Below are positions 38,622 to 48,972 of a DNA stretch of 64,000 bases, piece after piece. The position numbers and the translations under genes were made by a program. The stretch is taken from positions 211,548 to 275,547 of the forward strand of contig CBDATU010000007.1 of the NCBI GenBank assembly GCA_965199865.1, written 5' to 3'. Numbering within the stretch: the stretch's first letter is position 1; every line of letters begins with the position of its first letter. Under the pieces are notes generated by a model. That model did no database searches. It had not been told where the DNA came from and saw only the letters and a program-made list of their open reading frames with translations. Source of the DNA: an uncultured Rhodobacter sp. Its GTDB lineage: Bacteria > Pseudomonadota > Alphaproteobacteria > Rhodobacterales > Rhodobacteraceae.

Positions 38622-39932
38622 ATGATGCCAACGCAGCGGCAGATGGACGACCTGCTTGAGTTCATCGACAGTTCGCCATCACCGCCACCACCGGTTTTTG
38701 TCGGCCGTCAGGATGTGATCGGGAATATCGAGAAACGGCTGCCGTATCTCCTGAAAACGTCAGGAAGACCGAAAGAGACGAGACTCATCTATGGACCTCC
38801 CGGAGCGGGGAAATCATCCATTCTCGCCGAGCTGGAAAGACGGGGTGCCGGGAACGGGAAATACAATGTCCTGGTCATCAATTCCGAAAGACTGAATGAC
38901 ATGAAAGGGATAATGAAATCCCTGTCAGTCGCCGCCGGTCTGTCATCCTCCAGATGGCGTGACACCCTGCTTGAATCCGCGACTAGGGGGACCGCAGGTG
39001 CCATCCAGTCGGTCACCGGAATTTCCGGAATCCGGGATGCGGTTGATTCACTGATTGGAGGAATTGGCGGGATTCCGCAGACAATGACGGCATTTGAGGA
39101 CAGGTTTCCCGGTTCCAGCTGGCAGATGCCGCTGATCGTGGCCATTGACGAGGTGCAGAGATTCAGATGGACGGTGGATTCCGATCAGGCGTTTTTTATC
39201 CAGACCCTGCATGACAATGACCTGAAACTTCCGATCCTGCCGGTCTGCGCCGGTCTGGGAGATCTGCAGGATGCCCTTTCAATAGCTGGCCTGACCCGTA
39301 TTGAAAACATCCACGAGATCGGTTGTCTGACCATGGATGAGATGAATGACTTCTTCATCGGATTCAGTCGGAAATTCGGTCTGATCATCGGAGAAGACAG
39401 CGACAGCGATCATGTGATCCCGAATATCAACAGGCTCATGCGGGACAGCAATGGCTGGCCACGACATCTGTATCACTCGTTTCAGGCGTTGGGAAACGCT
39501 GTCAGACTGGTTGACGGCAATCTCTCCAGGGTGAGCTGGCCCCATGTCCATGAGGACGCACTGACGCGACGACAGGCCTATTATCTAGGTCAGACATCCG
39601 AGGAAATGCAGGAAAGCGTTAACCTGACATCCGCCATCATGCTGGGAGTGAAGGATGATATGGATCTCGGTGATATTGATGAACTGATCGAGGATAATGT
39701 CAGGAATGAACGTCGATGGCGTCTGCCGGAAAACATGACCGTTAGGGATTTCCGTCATCATCTTGTTCATAAAGGAGCGCTTCAGAAGCGTGTGGATAGG
39801 ACATTTTACTGTCCGATTCCAAGTTTCCAGGCATTCCTGATCGACCGGACGAAAGATACTGAATTAAGGGAAAAATCGAAAAAACTGATGATTGAAGAGC
39901 AAAAGGTCATAACCGATGAGCGAAAAAGCTGA
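38622..39932 (+). CDS. orphan P-loop NTPase (archaeal-ATPase/ORC-like fold with a probable C-terminal winged helix)
   Basis: 436 aa. Walker A GPPGAGKSS, Walker B LIVAIDEVQRF. Local GC is clearly lower than in surrounding DNA. Confidence 0.7.
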   Translation: MMPTQRQMDDLLEFIDSSPSPPPPVFVGRQDVIGNIEKRLPYLLKTSGRPKETRLIYGPPGAGKSSILAELERRGAGNGKYNVLVINSERLNDMKGIMKSLSVAAGLSSSRWRDTLLESATRGTAGAIQSVTGISGIRDAVDSLIGGIGGIPQTMTAFEDRFPGSSWQMPLIVAIDEVQRFRWTVDSDQAFFIQTLHDNDLKLPILPVCAGLGDLQDALSIAGLTRIENIHEIGCLTMDEMNDFFIGFSRKFGLIIGEDSDSDHVIPNINRLMRDSNGWPRHLYHSFQALGNAVRLVDGNLSRVSWPHVHEDALTRRQAYYLGQTSEEMQESVNLTSAIMLGVKDDMDLGDIDELIEDNVRNERRWRLPENMTVRDFRHHLVHKGALQKRVDRTFYCPIPSFQAFLIDRTKDTELREKSKKLMIEEQKVITDERKS

Positions 39933-40466
39933 AACATGATTCCGGTTGGTCACTTCCCGAACCGAAGCCTTATGAAAATGATCCGTTCGGATATTCATGA
40001 TCGGAAGCGATGGATGATGCGCTGGTCGTAGAGCTGGTGGCTGGACCTAGGGATGAACATGAGGCGTGGATCGCCATTTTCAGCAAACGGCTGAAGGAAT
40101 CGCGTAAGGTCATCGGCGAAGTCCGCGAAGGAGCGGAAAATGCCGCACTTCAGGATGGAGGGGGCTGAGACGGGGAGAACGAATAAGAACATTTCAAACT
40201 GAGACACTACCCGGATAACCTTGATCTTGAAAGTTGTCCCGCAGGACTAAAGTAGCCTCAGCACTGCCACATTCCGTGACCAGCAGCTACGGAGACAGAC
40301 ATGCCCGAACATCGGTTGGCGAACTACACTGCGAGGGGTGTGCCGCAGGAGGACATTGACGTGGCCAGGGTACCGCAGGCCGCGCAGCAGGAAACGTGCA
40401 CGGAAGGTGCTCAAGGAGCTGGACAGCGCCGTGCGGATCGGGTCTGATTATTTCGGAGGGGGAAAC

Positions 40467-40835
40467 GTGAGCATCAGATTCCGAAACCAGAACGCCGTGA
40501 CCGAACGGCTCTCTGCCGTCGGACCAACGGGAGCCAGGGCGAATGAAGCGCTCCGGATCCTATGGACGTTACGCCGCCACATCGGCTGGCAGTCATACGG
40601 GTGCGCCAGGACCGCCAGCCAGCTCTGCGAAGTCACGAGGACGGATAGGGCGCGCATGGCGCGCCTGCCTGAACTTCCGGAGGACATGGGCGCCATCCGG
40701 CGCGTCAAACGCGGCAGGGTCAAGGTGATCACGGTGACGCCGGAAGGGGCTTTCCAGGGCAGTTTCCACAGGCACGGCAGGACAGTCGAGCGCTACAGAT
40801 TCGACGTGATCGACGGCGGCAGGGCCGATGGCTGA
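40467..40835 (+). CDS. hypothetical protein (possible winged-helix DNA-binding)
   Basis: GTG start preceded by GGAGGGGG. 122 aa. The stop overlaps the next start (ATGGCTGA). Confidence 0.4.
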   Translation: MSIRFRNQNAVTERLSAVGPTGARANEALRILWTLRRHIGWQSYGCARTASQLCEVTRTDRARMARLPELPEDMGAIRRVKRGRVKVITVTPEGAFQGSFHRHGRTVERYRFDVIDGGRADG

Positions 40836-41109
40836 CATTCCCTTCGACACGATGGCGGCCGTCCGGAGGCTGCGCGAAACGGGACTGGCCGAAAGACAGG
40901 CCGATGCGATCACGGCCATCGTACGCGACGGGGTCAGCGGTGGAGTCGCGACTAGGGAGGACCTCGCGGAACTGCAGGCCGGAATGAAGGCGGACATCGC
41001 GAAACTGGACACCGAGCTCAAGTGGATCAAGCTGATCGGCGGGGGAATTCTGGCGGTTCTTGTGCTGCCCTGGCTGGCCGAGGCCATCTCGGTCACCATG
41101 CCGGGGTGA
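40828..41109 (+). CDS. DUF1640-like coiled-coil protein with a C-terminal TM helix
   Basis: 93 aa: FDTMAAVRRLRETGLAERQADAITAIVRD...LKWIKLIGGGILAVLVLPWL. Confidence 0.55.
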   Translation: MADIPFDTMAAVRRLRETGLAERQADAITAIVRDGVSGGVATREDLAELQAGMKADIAKLDTELKWIKLIGGGILAVLVLPWLAEAISVTMPG

Positions 41110-41937
41110 TGAGCATCGCTGTCTGGTCGGCGGATCGGCGCTTTCGGGCTGCGCTGGCGGCTGGCATCGCTCCGTTAGCCTAGCGACGCCGGGCAATCAT
41201 GTCTCGCGCCACAGCTGGCGGCAGGGGTGTCGACCGGGCGTTCCACCACTGAGGCCGGACAGCTGCGCACCGGCAGGAACGGAGCGGTCGGAAGCCGACG
41301 CGCTCATGACGTTAAGCGGCACTGAAGGTCCGGGGGGAGCAGTATCCTCAATCCTGGTCGAAAATGCATCCAGATGTGGTCGAAAGCATGGACGATCTTA
41401 CTCGATTCATGACCGCATCACGGCTCGTGGACATCGCCGCCTGGTCGACAGGTGCGGGCCAACCAACCGGAAACACGCCGCAGTTCCATGAGACGCCTGT
41501 CTATGTGCCTCCAGCCTGTTCGGCTTTGGAGAACCGGGTGGCGCATGATTGACTTCGTTCCGGATGGCTATGCATTTTACTGCAAGCCCGCCACAGTGTC
41601 ATGGCAGGCTCCATGTAGCCCTGTCAATTCGACCACGGGCCGGACAACTAAAGACATGGTGGACTCTGCTGACGAAGCGCCAGGTGGGGGTCGGACATTG
41701 ACGGCAATGCCTGCATGATCAGCGCACGCCGCTTCCCAGCCGCAGGCTTCAGGACTAAATCAGGGGCGGCCGAGTGCAAATCGCCTATGTCACCGCACCG
41801 TTTCGGAGGAAGAATGCGTCTGCGGTTCGATCATGCAGCGCCTATCCCTTAAAGACTTGGGGAACCGGGTTTAGAGCCTATATTCACCCCCGGAACTGCG
41901 GGCGCGGTGAAGGGGCAAGTCTTGACGTTAAGGGGAC

Positions 41938-42156
41938 ATGATGATGCGCAGCTACACGGCGGTAGTGGAACGCTGCCCGGAAACCGGACTTTATGTTGGA
42001 TATGTTCCAGATCTGCCCGGAGCACATAGTCAAGGGGCGACGCTTGAGGAACTCGGCAACAATCTCAGGGAGGTTGTCGAAATGGTCCTGGAAGATGGTT
42101 GGCCCGCTGAGGCGGTGGGCGAATTCGTCGGAACGCTGGCCGTCACAGCCGCCTGA
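41938..42156 (+). CDS. hicB: HicB-family antitoxin
   Basis: 72 aa: YTAVVERCPETGLYVGYVPDLPGAHSQGATLEELGNNLREVVEMVLE. Confidence 0.8.
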   Translation: MMMRSYTAVVERCPETGLYVGYVPDLPGAHSQGATLEELGNNLREVVEMVLEDGWPAEAVGEFVGTLAVTAA

Positions 42157-42160
42157 TCCC

Positions 42161-42388
42161 GTGGTTTCCGATCCCGTCCTCAAGCCTCGCGAGGCCATCG
42201 CCATCCTCAGGGCACCTGGCTTCAGGGAGGTCACGCAGCGGAGGTCGCACAAGCGGTTCTGACACCCGGACGGCCGCACGACGACGGTACCGGTGCACGG
42301 AGGTCGGGACCTGTCGCCTATACCGCTTTGCTGCATTGCTCGTGACATCGGGACGACGGTTCGGGAGTTCGCCGCGCTCCGCCAGTAG
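42161..42388 (+). pseudogene. hicA: HicA-family toxin with an in-frame TGA
   Basis: GTG 42161 gives ..LKPREAIAILRAPGFREVTQRRSHKRF, then TGA at 42260-42262. The same frame continues HPDGRTTTVPVHGGRDLSPIPLCCIARDIGTTVREFAALRQ, which is the conserved HicA core. Confidence 0.7.
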
Positions 42389-42954
42389 CTGGATGGTGAA
42401 AGAGAGCTGAGAGCCCGTAAATTCGCCATATGTCGGGATGAGCTCTCCATCTCTGCCGATGGAATTGTCGCTAAATCGGTTTCCCTGCTCTACTCTCCAT
42501 GACCACCACATATGGACGGAGACCATGCCTTGAGGCTTTTGCCGCCGGAGCTTTGTTAGACCTGCATGTATTCCGCAAGTTAACTTCCGCATAGAATCGC
42601 CGCATGCCGCACTGCGCTTGCATATTTCGCCGCTGAGCTCAGCTGTCAGAGCGGCGACTCTGCAGACACGGATCCGCGATTTGTCCAATCCTTCCGGCGG
42701 CGCTGTCAAGCCCTGCCCCGAAGTTCAGCACACCCGCGGGCGTGCTGACCGGCGGGAGCGCTCTGCGCCGCGACAGGAATGGCCATGAGCGCAAGAATGC
42801 TAGACATCGGTTCGCAAATCCATCTAGCCCGGATATCTCACCACATATCATTGCATGAAGTCCGACTCCATGATATATGAAATATATTACAATAATCTAC
42901 ACATAGGAGAAAATCAACCACTGGGCACGGTGTAACAGCCCGAGGATCAAGTTC

Positions 42955-43930
42955 TGCCGGCACGGATAGCGGGCGCATCTCGTCGGACTGCGGTGCCCTG
43001 CTCCCTCGGGAGGCCGACCGCATCGCGGAAGTCACCCGTCGGCTGGCGGAGTGGCTCACCGACCTCCGGGGTCCGAAGCGCACCGGGCACGGGCTGCGGG
43101 AACTTGTGGCGCAGCGCGTCATGGCGGTCGCCCTCGGCTACGGGGATGGCAGTGACCAAGACCGCCTGCGGGACGACAGCATCCTGGCGCTGACCGGGGT
43201 GTGACGACATCATCGGCGCCGACCAGTTGAGGGAGCCCGACCTGGGCCGTCTTCGGGCCGGAGCCAATACGCCGACCGGCCGATGGTGGACCCGTTCCTA
43301 GAGGCCCACAACGCCCGCTGGAAGAGATCCTCCCCGCCGTCGACACCACGGATGATCCGCTGCACAGCGCCCGGGAGGGCCGGATTTTCCACGGATCCTA
43401 CGGCCATTACTTCAATCTCCCGCTGTACGTGAACTGCGGTGAGCATGTCCTTCCGGACAGCTACGGCCATCCAGCATCGACGCGTCGCAGGGGGTGCTGG
43501 AGGACTCATCCGGATAGAGGGCCGGATCCGGGAGGCGTGGCCGGAGGCCGTCATAATTTTGAGGGGTGATTCGGGGTTCTGCCACAAGAACCTGATGGCC
43601 TGCTGCCAGACGAACCGGGTCGGCCATTTCCCTGGACTGGCGAGGAATCCCCGCCTGGAAGGGCGAATCGCCAAACAGCAGCTGAAGTAGCGGGGCACGC
43701 CATCGCCATGGAAAGGCCGTCGCGGCGCTTCCGTGACCCGCGCTACCGGACGCGGTCCAGCTGGAGCCAGACCCGCCGCATCGTGGGAAAGGCTGAGTGG
43801 CTACCCGGCCGAGAGGAACGAATCCCTGCTTCGTGGTCACCAGCCAGCCGAAGGCCGGCACTGCGCCGAAATGACCGACATGAGGATGAATTGCAGCAGG
43901 ACGGATCGGGTCCGTCGACGGCCGTGTTCG
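42955..43930 (+). pseudogene. IS1380-family transposase remnant, truncated at both ends with multiple frameshifts
   Basis: Fragments: LLPREADRIAEVTRRLAEWL..GHGLRELVAQRVMAVALGYGDGSDQDRLRDD; RGDSGFCHKNLMACCQTNRVGHFPGLARNPRLEGRI; YRTRSSWSQTRRIVGKAEWL. Confidence 0.7.
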
Positions 43931-43992
43931 CTAAGGTTCCCACGGCTGGAGGAATCCGGTAAGGACGGGTTGGGAGTACAGGCCGGATCGCC

Positions 43993-44328
43993 TCAGCTCC
44001 CTTTTCCACCCGCTCCCTGACGTTTCGGATGCCCCGCCGCTTCCATATAGCCGCGCAGGACAGCGTTGATCCGTGTCTGATAGCCCCGGCCCTGCCCTCT
44101 GAAATAGTCCAGTACATCGGCATCAAGCCGCAACGAAACCGCCTGTTTCGGGCGCGGTGGAGTGACCTGGATTCTGGACCAGTCGAATTCCCCTTCATCG
44201 GAATCCCTTTCCGGCTCAAGGCCGTCCGCCTCCTCGCGACGCAGCCTGTTCCAGTCCGTCTCCGTCCGTCCCTCATCCGATCGGCGGGTCGCTTCCTCCA
44301 GCGTGGCTCTGGTAATAGTCTTTTTCAT
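43993..44328 (-). CDS. brnA: BrnA-family antitoxin (ribbon-helix-helix)
   Basis: 111 aa from the internal ATG: MKKTITRATLEE...KQAVSLRLDADVLDYFRGQGRGYQTRINAVLRGYMEA. Confidence 0.75.
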   Translation of the reverse strand: MKKTITRATLEEATRRSDEGRTETDWNRLRREEADGLEPERDSDEGEFDWSRIQVTPPRPKQAVSLRLDADVLDYFRGQGRGYQTRINAVLRGYMEAAGHPKRQGAGGKGS

Positions 44329-44580
44329 CTTTCCTCGCCCGGCGGGCCGTGATGATCCGGGTCGCTTCACTGCGGAACGTGTAGACCACTGAAATGATGG
44401 TTCCGTCGTCCAGGCAGCCCGTTGCGATCCAACGTTCCTCGTCCCGACGGAGCGAGGGCACATGCACCGTTGGCCGGCTATCAAAGATCCTGACGGCACC
44501 CCAAAGTCGATGCCGTGCTTCCTGATGGTCAGGATGCGTTTTTGATCATCCCATTTGAATTCTTCTGATCGTATAGGCAC
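44273..44580 (-). pseudogene. brnT: BrnT-family (DUF497) toxin, frameshifted
   Basis: GTG 44580 gives MPIRSEEFKWDDQKRILTIRKHGIDFG. The conserved remainder, AVRIFDSRPTVHVPSLRRDEERWIATGCLDDGTIISVVYTFRSEATRIITARRARKDEKDYY, is in another frame. The break is at a GGGG run near 44499-44502. Confidence 0.7.
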
Positions 44581-44983
44581 TTACTTCTCCTACTCCTACG
44601 ATTGAGTGCTGTTAGGACGGTCATTTGATTTCCTCCGGGAGTTGGTGGTCCTTTTCAGTCGCTGCAAATCTTGACATAGACGCAGCGACCGGCTTAATGC
44701 ATATACGGATTGCGTATACAGATTGTATATACGCGAGCAACGCGAATGATTCAAGCCTGATCTTCCTCCCCGGCGTTGTGGCCAGGGCTTCAGCACACCT
44801 GCGTGGTGATCCTGGCAACACAGTAGTTGGGGAGGTGGACGCTCTGGCAAAGACTCCGGATCCCGGCCACCACCGTCCAGCTCGCGTCGGCACTCCGACA
44901 GTCACGCCACCAGCCTTGGCCTAGCGCAAGATAACGCCAAATAGAGCGTGTCATGCTGATCGGCCTGAAGCGGTCGTCAATCT

Positions 44984-45811
44984 CTATTTCGAGGACTTCC
45001 GCTCCCGACCGAACATTTGGGCCAGAACCATCATCAGGGTGGTTACAAGGATCATGATGGTCGAGATCGATGCGATCGTCGGATCGATCTGATCCCGCAA
45101 GGCGTTGAACATGTTGCGCGTTAAGGTCGGGTTGTCACCACCCGAAACGAACATGGCCACCACGACCTCGTCGAACGAGGTCAGGAAGGACAGGAGCGCG
45201 CTGGTCACCACCGCGAACCTGATCTGTGGCAGCGTCACCGTCAGAAAGGCCTTCCAGCGTGGAGCGCCCAGGCTGCGGGCGGCTTCTTCCTGGCTCATGT
45301 CAAAGCTCTTAAGCGCCGATCCGGTCACGATCACCACCAACGGCAGCGCCAGCATGGTGTGTGCCAGAACCAACCCGGTAATTGTGTAGAGGATCCCCAG
45401 CTGGACATAGGCGTAGAAAACGCCGATCGCCACCAGAACGACCGGCACCATCATCGGCGTCAGCATCAGGACGAATGTCACGCGGATAAAGCGTACGTTC
45501 GACGCATGCAGACCATAGGCCGCCAGAACCCCGATGGGGGTTGCCACCAGCATGGTCAGGAACGCGGTTTTCATCGACGTCCAGGTCGCACGCATCCATT
45601 CGTCCGAACCAAAATAGAAGTCATACCAGCGGGTCGACCAGTTCTGCGGCGGGAACTCCAGATACTGACTGTCAGAGAAGGACATCGGAACGACGATCAG
45701 CGTCGGTGTCACGAGCAGGACCATGATGATGACCGAGATGACATAGAGCCACAGCCGCTGGCCGTGACTGATCTGCGTGTCGGTCGCGGGTGATCCCAGC
45801 CAGGAAAGCAT
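44984..45811 (-). CDS. ABC transporter permease (PotC/PotI-like, polyamine type)
   Basis: Multiple TM helices. The start is set at the ATG overlapping the upstream stop (TGATG). Confidence 0.85.
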   Translation of the reverse strand: MLSWLGSPATDTQISHGQRLWLYVISVIIMVLLVTPTLIVVPMSFSDSQYLEFPPQNWSTRWYDFYFGSDEWMRATWTSMKTAFLTMLVATPIGVLAAYGLHASNVRFIRVTFVLMLTPMMVPVVLVAIGVFYAYVQLGILYTITGLVLAHTMLALPLVVIVTGSALKSFDMSQEEAARSLGAPRWKAFLTVTLPQIRFAVVTSALLSFLTSFDEVVVAMFVSGGDNPTLTRNMFNALRDQIDPTIASISTIMILVTTLMMVLAQMFGRERKSSK

Positions 45812-46698
45812 CAATGCCCTCCTCCCGTAATCTGTTCCAGCCTGAGAAAGCGCGACGCCACCCATAGGACGGTTATAGTCATCACCAGCAGGACCACACC
45901 CAACGCGCTGGCCGCGCCCCAGTTCACGAAAAGCTCAATGTTTGAAACGATTTTCATCGACACCATGATTACCCTGCCGCCCCCCAGAACCGCCGGTGTG
46001 ACGAAGAATCCAAGGCAGAGGATGAAGACCATCAGCGACCCTGCGAACAGGCCAGGGGTGGTGAGCGGGAAGAACACCGTCCAGAAGGCGCGCTTCGGGC
46101 TTGCTCCCAGATTCGATGCGGCTTTCATATAGTCCTGATCGATCGCCCTCATTGCGCCATAGACCGGCAGGATCAGGAATGGCAGCATGATATGGACCAT
46201 GCCGATCAGGGTTCCAGTCATGTTGTGGACGATCTTGAGCGGCTCTTCCCACAGTCCCAGAGAGATCGCCCAGTCATTCACCAGCCCGCGCTTCTGCAAC
46301 AGCACCAGCCAAGCATAGGTGCGCACCAACAGCGAGGTCCAGAACGGCAGAAGCACCGTGATCAGGCACAGATTGGCGATGCGGTTTGGAAGCTGCGAGA
46401 TGAAATAGGCCAGCGGATAGCCGATTAGAATACAGAGCCCGGTGGTCAGAAAGCTGACCTCGAACGTGGTACGGAAGATCCGCGCGTAGGATTTGCGCCT
46501 GATCATGCGTTCGTAGTTTTCCAGCGAAAACCGCCCGTCCGCCCCGATGAAGGAAACGTAGAACAGCCAACCAACCGGTATGACCAGAATGACCAAGATC
46601 AGCAATATGGCGGGCGAACTGAGGCCGAAGAGCTTCAGACGTTCAAGCCTTTCATCGGTCCTCAGTCCAGCTTCGTTCACACGCGGGGACTGCTGCAC
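45811..46698 (-). CDS. ABC transporter permease (PotB/PotH-like)
   Basis: 295 aa, polytopic. Second gene of the operon after the ATPase. Confidence 0.85.
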   Translation of the reverse strand: MQQSPRVNEAGLRTDERLERLKLFGLSSPAILLILVILVIPVGWLFYVSFIGADGRFSLENYERMIRRKSYARIFRTTFEVSFLTTGLCILIGYPLAYFISQLPNRIANLCLITVLLPFWTSLLVRTYAWLVLLQKRGLVNDWAISLGLWEEPLKIVHNMTGTLIGMVHIMLPFLILPVYGAMRAIDQDYMKAASNLGASPKRAFWTVFFPLTTPGLFAGSLMVFILCLGFFVTPAVLGGGRVIMVSMKIVSNIELFVNWGAASALGVVLLVMTITVLWVASRFLRLEQITGGGH

Positions 46699-46699
46699 G

Positions 46700-47776
46700 T
46701 CATACCTCGCTTCCGTCGATCAGCACGGTATCCTCAGGAGCCACGCATAACGTGAGATCATCGCCGACAGAGGGCATTGACGTGGCGCTGGCACCGCGCA
46801 GCGCGATGCGGTTGCCATCCGGCAGGCGGGCATGGAGCAGGAAGCTGTCCCCCTGATACACGACTTCCGTGGCCGAAGCCTGAAAGCTGTTCGTACCATC
46901 CTGCCGCGTACCGTCCGACAGCGAGATCCGCTCGGGGCGGATCATAATGAGCAGGTTGTCGGTGTCGGGTACGGGTGCTGAATGTTTCACCACCATGTCA
47001 CCATACATGACCCGATCACCACTGCGCGTGACCTTCAGAAACGTGGAATCGCCGATGAAGTCCGCCACGAACCGGTTGGCGGGACGTTCATAGAGATCGC
47101 GCGGAGTGGCCAGCTGCATGATCCGGCCGTGATTCACCACCGTGATCCGGTCCGACATGGTCAGCGCCTCGCGCTGGTCGTGGGTCACGTAGACCGTGGT
47201 CATGCCCAGCTTCTCGTGCAGGTGGCGCAGCTCTATCTGCATCTGGTCGCGTAGCTTCTTGTCCAGCGCCGAGAGTGGCTCATCCATCAGCAGGATGCGG
47301 GGCTCGAAAACGATCGCGCGCGCCACGGCCACCCGCTGCTTCTGGCCACCTGAAAGCTGGTCGATGCGCCGGTTTCCAAAACCGCCGAGCTGAACCGTCT
47401 CCAAAGCACGTTCCACGCGTTTGGCGATCTCAGGCTTGGGCACCCGTCGCAGACGCAATGGGTATCCGATGTTTCCCGCCACTGTCATATGCGGGAAAAG
47501 CGCGTAGCTCTGGAACGTCATGCCCACGTCGCGCAGATGTGGTGGAGTGCGGATCACCTCACGGTCGCCAAACCTTACGCTTCCGCAATCAGGGCGGGTG
47601 AACCCCGCCAGAACCATCAGCAGCGTGGTCTTTCCCGATCCCGACGGACCGAGAAGAGTCAGGAATTCGCCGCTCCTGACCTCGAGCGATACATCATCCA
47701 GCGCGTGAACGGCGCCATATGTCTTGGTCACATTCTGGATGGAAATCGGCAGCGCACTGATGGTGTTCGTATTCAA
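46700..47776 (-). CDS. ABC transporter ATP-binding protein (PotA-like) with a C-terminal TOBE-like domain
   Basis: Walker A GPSGSGKTT, signature LSGGQKQR, Walker B LLMDEP. Confidence 0.9.
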   Translation of the reverse strand: MNTNTISALPISIQNVTKTYGAVHALDDVSLEVRSGEFLTLLGPSGSGKTTLLMVLAGFTRPDCGSVRFGDREVIRTPPHLRDVGMTFQSYALFPHMTVAGNIGYPLRLRRVPKPEIAKRVERALETVQLGGFGNRRIDQLSGGQKQRVAVARAIVFEPRILLMDEPLSALDKKLRDQMQIELRHLHEKLGMTTVYVTHDQREALTMSDRITVVNHGRIMQLATPRDLYERPANRFVADFIGDSTFLKVTRSGDRVMYGDMVVKHSAPVPDTDNLLIMIRPERISLSDGTRQDGTNSFQASATEVVYQGDSFLLHARLPDGNRIALRGASATSMPSVGDDLTLCVAPEDTVLIDGSEV

Positions 47777-47853
47777 GGTATCCCCCTTGAGCGCAGTTCA
47801 AGGGGCGGCGAACGCGGAGCGCCCGCCGCCTGAATGGTCGTGAAACCACGGAC

Positions 47854-48894
47854 CTATTCGGTCAGCATTTCCTCGTACATCTCTGCCGCGATGGTTTCCC
47901 ACTTAGCATACCATTCCAACGAGACCGGAACCTGCATCGCCGCGTTGTCGGGCGAAGAGGGCAGACCCGCCGCGATCTCGGCAGTGATTTCACCGGTCTC
48001 ATAGGCCGCCCTGTTGGTTGGTCCATAGGTAATGTATTTGGGCAGATCGTCCTGATACTCGGGCTTCGAGATTTCGCTCAGGAACTCCATGGCGGTATCC
48101 CTGTTCGGCGCACCCTTCGGTATCGCGAAGCAGTCATAGTCCAGCAGCGCCTGATTGAAGCTGTACATGACATTTGCGCCGTCCTTGGCAGCGTTGTCGA
48201 AGCGACCGTTCCAGCCGGTGGTCATGTCGACCTCGCCATCCTTCATCAACTGGGCATGCTGCGCGCCGGAGGTCCAGAAAACCGAGATATGCGGCTTGAG
48301 TTCACGGATCCTGTTGATCGCGCGTTCAATGCCCTCTTCGCTGTCCAGCACGTCATAGACATCTTTGGGCGCGACGCCATCAGCCATCAGCGCACCTTCC
48401 AGAGCACCCGGGACCTTGCCACGATAGGCCCGCGTGCCGGGGAACTTCTCGACATCGAAAAAGTCAGCCCAACTCTGCGGTCCGTCCTCGCCATAGGTGT
48501 CGGTGTTCCAGGCATAGACGGTCGAAAACACGTCTCCGCCAACGCAGTGTTCGGTATAGAGCGTCGGATAGAAGGTCGAGACGTCGATTACATCATAGTC
48601 GAGCGGCTCCAGCAGCCCTTCGGCCGCGGCCCTTGCAGCAGAGCCTGATCCGCTGGCGACGATGTCCAGAGTTACCTGTCCCGACGACACCTGCAGCCGC
48701 ACGTCCGACATGCCGCCATAGGTTTCCTGCTTAACCTTGATTCCTGTATTGGCTTCGGCTGGCTCGAACAGTGCCTTGCTCTGGGCTTCCTGATACGAAC
48801 CGCCCCAGGACGCAATGGTGACCTGTTTCGTCTCGGCAATCGCGGCGGTCGCAAGCAGCGACGTCGCCATGGTTAGGGTTATACTGAGTTTCAT
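47854..48894 (-). CDS. periplasmic solute-binding protein (PotD/PotF family)
   Basis: Signal peptide MKLSITLTMATSLLATAAIA. 346 aa. First gene of the ABC operon. Confidence 0.85.
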   Translation of the reverse strand: MKLSITLTMATSLLATAAIAETKQVTIASWGGSYQEAQSKALFEPAEANTGIKVKQETYGGMSDVRLQVSSGQVTLDIVASGSGSAARAAAEGLLEPLDYDVIDVSTFYPTLYTEHCVGGDVFSTVYAWNTDTYGEDGPQSWADFFDVEKFPGTRAYRGKVPGALEGALMADGVAPKDVYDVLDSEEGIERAINRIRELKPHISVFWTSGAQHAQLMKDGEVDMTTGWNGRFDNAAKDGANVMYSFNQALLDYDCFAIPKGAPNRDTAMEFLSEISKPEYQDDLPKYITYGPTNRAAYETGEITAEIAAGLPSSPDNAAMQVPVSLEWYAKWETIAAEMYEEMLTE

Positions 48895-48972
48895 GTATTC
48901 CTCCTGTTGAATTTCGATTGCGGCCAGGCCGCTTTTCGCCAGTTCAACTGGCTTGTTAGCTGTCTCCCCTGT

